A stretch of DNA of 64,000 nucleotides from NCBI GenBank assembly GCA_013265495.1, contig MU058198.1, forward strand, positions 6,091,779 to 6,155,778, read 5' to 3'. The position numbers and the translations under genes are program-made. Shown piece by piece: positions 60,059 to 64,000 of the stretch; within the stretch, counting starts at the first letter, position 1, and every line of letters starts with the position of its first letter. Below the pieces are notes generated by a model. That model saw only the letters and a program-made list of their open reading frames with translations, was not told the DNA's origin and did not search any database. The stretch comes from Vicugna vicugna (lineage: Eukaryota).

Positions 60059-61024
60059 CACTAGGAAATCATTGGGTGGTTTTAAGCAGGGGGCTCCTGT
60101 GATCTGATTAAAGGGTTTTTTTTTTTGTTTTTTTGTTTTTTTAAATAAAAGACCGGCTGCTGGGTAGAAAGTGAAGTGTGTGTGCCAGGGTGGTTGGGGG
60201 TGGGTGCATGACAGTGCAGAGAGGAAGCAGACCAGTTAGGAGGTTACGGTTAGGTTAATCGGTCGGTCGTTGTCTCCGGGAAGGGTGATGGTGGCTCCGG
60301 GCCAGGAGGCAGCAGCCATTCAGGGAGAAGAGCTCAGATTTGGGAGGGGTTTTGGAGGTAGAGCCTCAGGACTTTGGACTGATTGGATTGTGCGTGAGAA
60401 AGCAAGAGGAATCAAGGACAGGCTCAGGGCAGCTGGTTGGCTGGTGGAACCATTTTTAAGATGAGAGAAGATACAGTTCTGGGAAAGCAGGTTGATAACT
60501 GTCTGGGGCGTGTTAAGGTTGAGATGCTGGTTAGATATGCATGAAGAGAGGTCACGTGGTCACTTGGGGCTGGGTGGAGAGGTCAGGGTTGGAGGTAAAA
60601 GTAATCGGGAGTCACCAGCACAGGGATGCTATTTAGAGCCTCGGGCCTGAATGGGACCACCCAGCGAGAGCGTGCAGGGGAACTGGCCCAGCTGCAGAGG
60701 AGGAGGAGCGGGGTGAGAACAAGGAGGCAGGAGGAGACCCTACCTGAGGACTGAGATTTGCCCAGTGGATTTGGCCACCTGCTGAACCCAAAAATCAGTT
60801 GTCCAAACCAGGTGACCCGTGAGAGTGAAAAGAGGGCTCTATGAGTGACAGACCAGGACAATGGGAGCCAATCAGAATCAGCCCAGACAGTGAGTTGTCA
60901 CCCCAGCTCTGGGTGCCCTTGGCTGAGTGGGTTCCTGTAGAGGAGGAGGCAGAGGCCAGCTGCAGGGGAGGAGAGGCAGCTGCGACAGTGACTCTCAGAT
61001 TGTGGGGGCACCTCAGAACAGACT

Positions 61025-61413
61025 GCTTGCTCCTCAGCCATGAGAAGGAAGAAAATGATTCATTGACACAACACGGATGAACCTCAGAAGTTACTATGTT
61101 GAGTGAAAGAAGCCAGAACCCAGAGACTTCATAGTGCGTGATTCCTTTTATATAAAAATTCTAGAAAATGCAGACTGATCTACAGTGACAGGAAGTTGCT
61201 GGGTGGTTGGCTCGGGATGGGGGGGTAACGGGGGAGGGAGGTATTACCAAGGGGTGTGAGGGAAGCCCGGGGGTGATGGGTGTGTTCATCGCCTAGATCG
61301 TGGAGATGAATTTATGGGTCTATCCATGCTGAAACTTATAAAATTGTGTACTTTTGATATGCACAGTTTACCAAATGAGGTATATTTTATATTCTTTGAT
61401 AAAGCTGTTTTTT
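61025..61413 (+). mobile_element. Old L1M (MC/MD-type) 3' end
   Basis: ggatgaacctcag...tatgttgagtgaaagaagccaga...ttctagaaaatgcagactgatctacagtgacag...ataaagctgttttt. Confidence 0.75.
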
Positions 61414-61634
61414 GAACATGTTTTTATGTAAAGAGGAATAGACTAATAGGGCAGTATGGGGAGGAGGTGTGACTTGATTTGAAATATGACCAAAGAAGCG
61501 TTGCACACCAGCATGCTATGGGGCGGAAGTTTTGGGAGAGAAGGAGACAGAAGGCTAGACAGGGACCCTTTTGTAAAGGCTATTGTGTGTCATGCCGAGG
61601 AATTTGGAATTCATCGCATGGGCCTGGGGTTCTC

Positions 61635-62020
61635 CACCTTCTGTGCAGTCCCAGGCGTGCTGACTGGGTACCACCTCCAGGGCTTCTGGGCTCTAAGCCT
61701 TCTGCTTGGATCCTTTTCCCAAAGCCACTGGAGGGCTGAGCTTGTGCATAGGATAGGCAGTCGGTGCCCCCGGGGCAACCATCAATGGCAGAGAAGGGGG
61801 TCAGTGGATAAACACCCAGCCTCCTACCTTTCAAGGGACACGTCTGAGGTGCGTTTTCAGAGTCCCCTAGCCTGCTGGAGCCCCACTTGCCCACAGCAGT
61901 GACTGTCTCAGAAAGTTTTTTGGGTTTTTTCCTGCCCCATCTGGCTCTTTCTCTAAGAACACCTGCCAGTAAGCTACCTGTGCTCAAATCCTTGTCTCAG
62001 GCTCTGCGCTCAGGGCCCCC
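61635..62020 (+). mobile_element. LTR16-like ERVL LTR
   Basis: acacccagcctcct...tctgaggtgcgtttt...ctcaaatccttgtctcaggctctgc pattern. Confidence 0.6.
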
Positions 62021-62498
62021 TCAAAATATGGCACCTGGGGAATCCAAGGAGTTTGCATTTTCTGTGCCTGCCAAGCTTTTCTGCTGCAGGAGGCCCAGGA
62101 ACCACATTTTAAAGGATGCTGCTATAGGCAGTGAAAAAACAAAGGATTTCACAAAAGGGTGCGACTGGGCCCAATCTGCCCTTGTAGAAAATTAACTCTA
62201 GTGGCAATGTGAAGTTGAGGTTGAAGTGGCAAGAGACAGGAAGCAGGGAGACCAATTAGCAGGCTATTACAAATGTCCCAGCAGGAGGTAATGATGACGA
62301 AGGTGGGGATGGAGGCCTTCTCTTCGCCACTGTCCTTTGATTTACAGCGGACGCTAACACTCTGCACAGAAATGAGACTGATCCTTACTTCACAGCCCCA
62401 GCACTTCTGCTTCCCTTCCTTTCATCTGCTCCTTTCAAAAATCTGATACATCAGTCTGATGCTGCACGTCTTCATTTTGTGAAATTTTGTGTTTTCAG

Positions 62499-63372
62499 GA
62501 TCTTGACATGGGAGCCAAGAACGTGAAGCTTTATGTCAACAAAGATCTCATCTTTGATGGCCAGTTAGACAAAGGAGGTGGAGAGGCCCCCGCTGACCAG
62601 AGCATCCTGGTGGGCCTGCAAAACGAGAGAATGGAGAACAGCATTACCACCCACTCGGAAGAAAGCAAAGGTGCCTGCAAGATGGCTGGCACAGACGGGG
62701 ACGAGATGCTCGATGTCAGCGATGCGCAGCCAGCTGGAGCAGCGGAGGATGTGAAGGTTTCTTCGCCAGGAAACTTTTTTGGTGAAAGGATGAATTCTCC
62801 AGATTGCACGGAAGACAGTCTGTCCAAGTTAGAGGAAGACTTCAGCTTTTTAGCTGCCCCAGCCTCGCCGGGTGGCATGCCCAGTGCCCCTCCACACTCT
62901 CCACCTGGGGAATGCCCCGCTCCCCTTGACCGGGAGCTCTCACTGATCCAACAGCTGGAAAACCTCACGGGCAGAAAAGTCTCTGAGCTGCCAGGGAAAA
63001 CTCCATCTTGGTTACAACCTTCTCCTGCAGGGAAAGGCCAGAAGCAGGGAGGCCAGAAATCAAAACCCCTCTGGCTGAGCCCGGAGAAGCCGCTAGACTG
63101 CAGAGGTAGGCTTCTGTCAGACAACGCCATCCTTGAGGGGTCTGAAGAGACCGAGGCCCAGGATAAAGGCCCCAGGCGTGAGCAAGGGCGGACAAGCACC
63201 TGGAATGTCATTGCCAGTGAGAGAGCCCAGAGGGCAACCCCCAGAGTCTGCAGTGATGACTTCGACATCTTTAACCAGTCCTCCCACAGGGAGCATCCTG
63301 CTAGTGGGAGGAGGGGCCTGAGGAAGGATGCCCTCAGTGGCAGTCATGGTGACAGCCAGCCAGCCAGCAGAG
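62499..63372 (+). CDS. KATNIP: KATNIP large coding exon I (874 nt, phase 0 to 1): DLDMGAKNVKLYVNKDLIFDGQLDKG...SHGDSQPASR
   Basis: Acceptor tgtgttttcag|GAT, donor AGAG|gtaagc; lies within the 386-aa ORF 62487..63647. Confidence 0.95.
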
Positions 63373-64000
63373 GTAAGCTCCAGAAGCAGTATGCCTTAGG
63401 GGCCGTCATCCCTGAGCCAGGGCCACTCACAGGCTCCCTGGACCTCAGTTTCCTCATCTGCAAAATGAGGGGGTTCTTCTCAACCAAGGGTCTCAAATTC
63501 CCTGTCTCATGGGCCATAGGGGTGGCAGCAGTGAGTGAAATGGACAAGACACACTTGGCATGTGAACCTCATAGGTATATTTGTCATTGCCTCCAAGATA
63601 TGTTTCTTTGTCTATTTTTCTTGCAAAACATGGCTTTTCCAATCTAGACTCTCATTTCACCTCTGATAGAGACACTGGTCTCTAATTACATCACTTTTCT
63701 CTTAACGGTGCTGTTAGAAAAATAACACAAGTGTAATATAAATAGCAATTGATTCTTGCCTGGGAGTAGGAAGTATTATAGGGAGTGGTGAGGACTGTGG
63801 CAAACTGGAGAGCACAAGCCCACCTAAAGGGGGTTTTTGGTGTCAGGAATACACGGCCAGTATGCCAGGTCTCCCTTTTCCCTTTATCAAGAGAAATCTG
63901 AAGTGTAGAATATTCTTATTTTTCAACACTGGCAATGGATAGAGTTTATTTTTAAACCACTGTGTGGGTCAAAAAAAAAAATACACAACTGCTAGCAGGA

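Larger units (their letters stand above)
1..64000 (+). other. KATNIP: Internal portion of the KATNIP (KIAA0556) gene: 9 coding exons plus introns; both gene ends outside the window
   Basis: The spliced translation (ELRRSLELSVNLQRK...RQQQKLLKVLQA...YVTMEILSNWG...WTCPFHPPLQLFFVIRNT...GAKNVKLYVN...SLIQQLENL...ERPASGRRG-like) is collinear with KATNIP as I recall it. All eight internal introns are GT-AG with compatible phases. Confidence 0.96.

Noticed and set aside
62531..63268. 245-aa minus-strand ORF
   Set aside because: Antisense shadow of GC-rich coding exon I; no recognisable protein features or independent signals.
63373..63647. Continuation of the 386-aa ORF past the exon I donor
   Set aside because: There is a strong AG|gtaagc donor at 63372/63373, and the extension runs into a MIR core (LSFLICKM is the typical MIR translation).

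Overview
This is mammalian genomic DNA, not prokaryotic. Young L1 3' ends and a tRNA-derived SINE of the camelid type suggest alpaca/camel. The whole window lies inside the ciliary gene KATNIP (KIAA0556, JBTS26) on the + strand. Nine consecutive coding exons can be spliced by hand with GT-AG boundaries and matching phases: 13791-14043, 18631-18762, 33904-34076, 35078-35137, 36561-36667, 38631-38733, 42462-42677, 47175-47312 and 62499-63372. Together they give 2056 nt, open throughout, including the first DUF4457-type repeat. Start and stop codons lie outside the window. Introns hold ordinary repeats (L1, L2, MIR, MLT1/MLT2/LTR16, MER5/MER20/MER3, Tigger, SINE) and a full-length U6 retrocopy with a perfect 15-bp target-site duplication (TSD). 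Almost all entries in the ORF track are chance ORFs. I found no new multi-gene system. The most notable observation is a 132-nt frame-symmetric exon whose acceptor is directly followed by a consensus donor (CAG|GTAAGA), a candidate recursive-splicing exon. Gene and repeat-family names come from recognition, not database searches, and repeat edges without TSDs are approximate.
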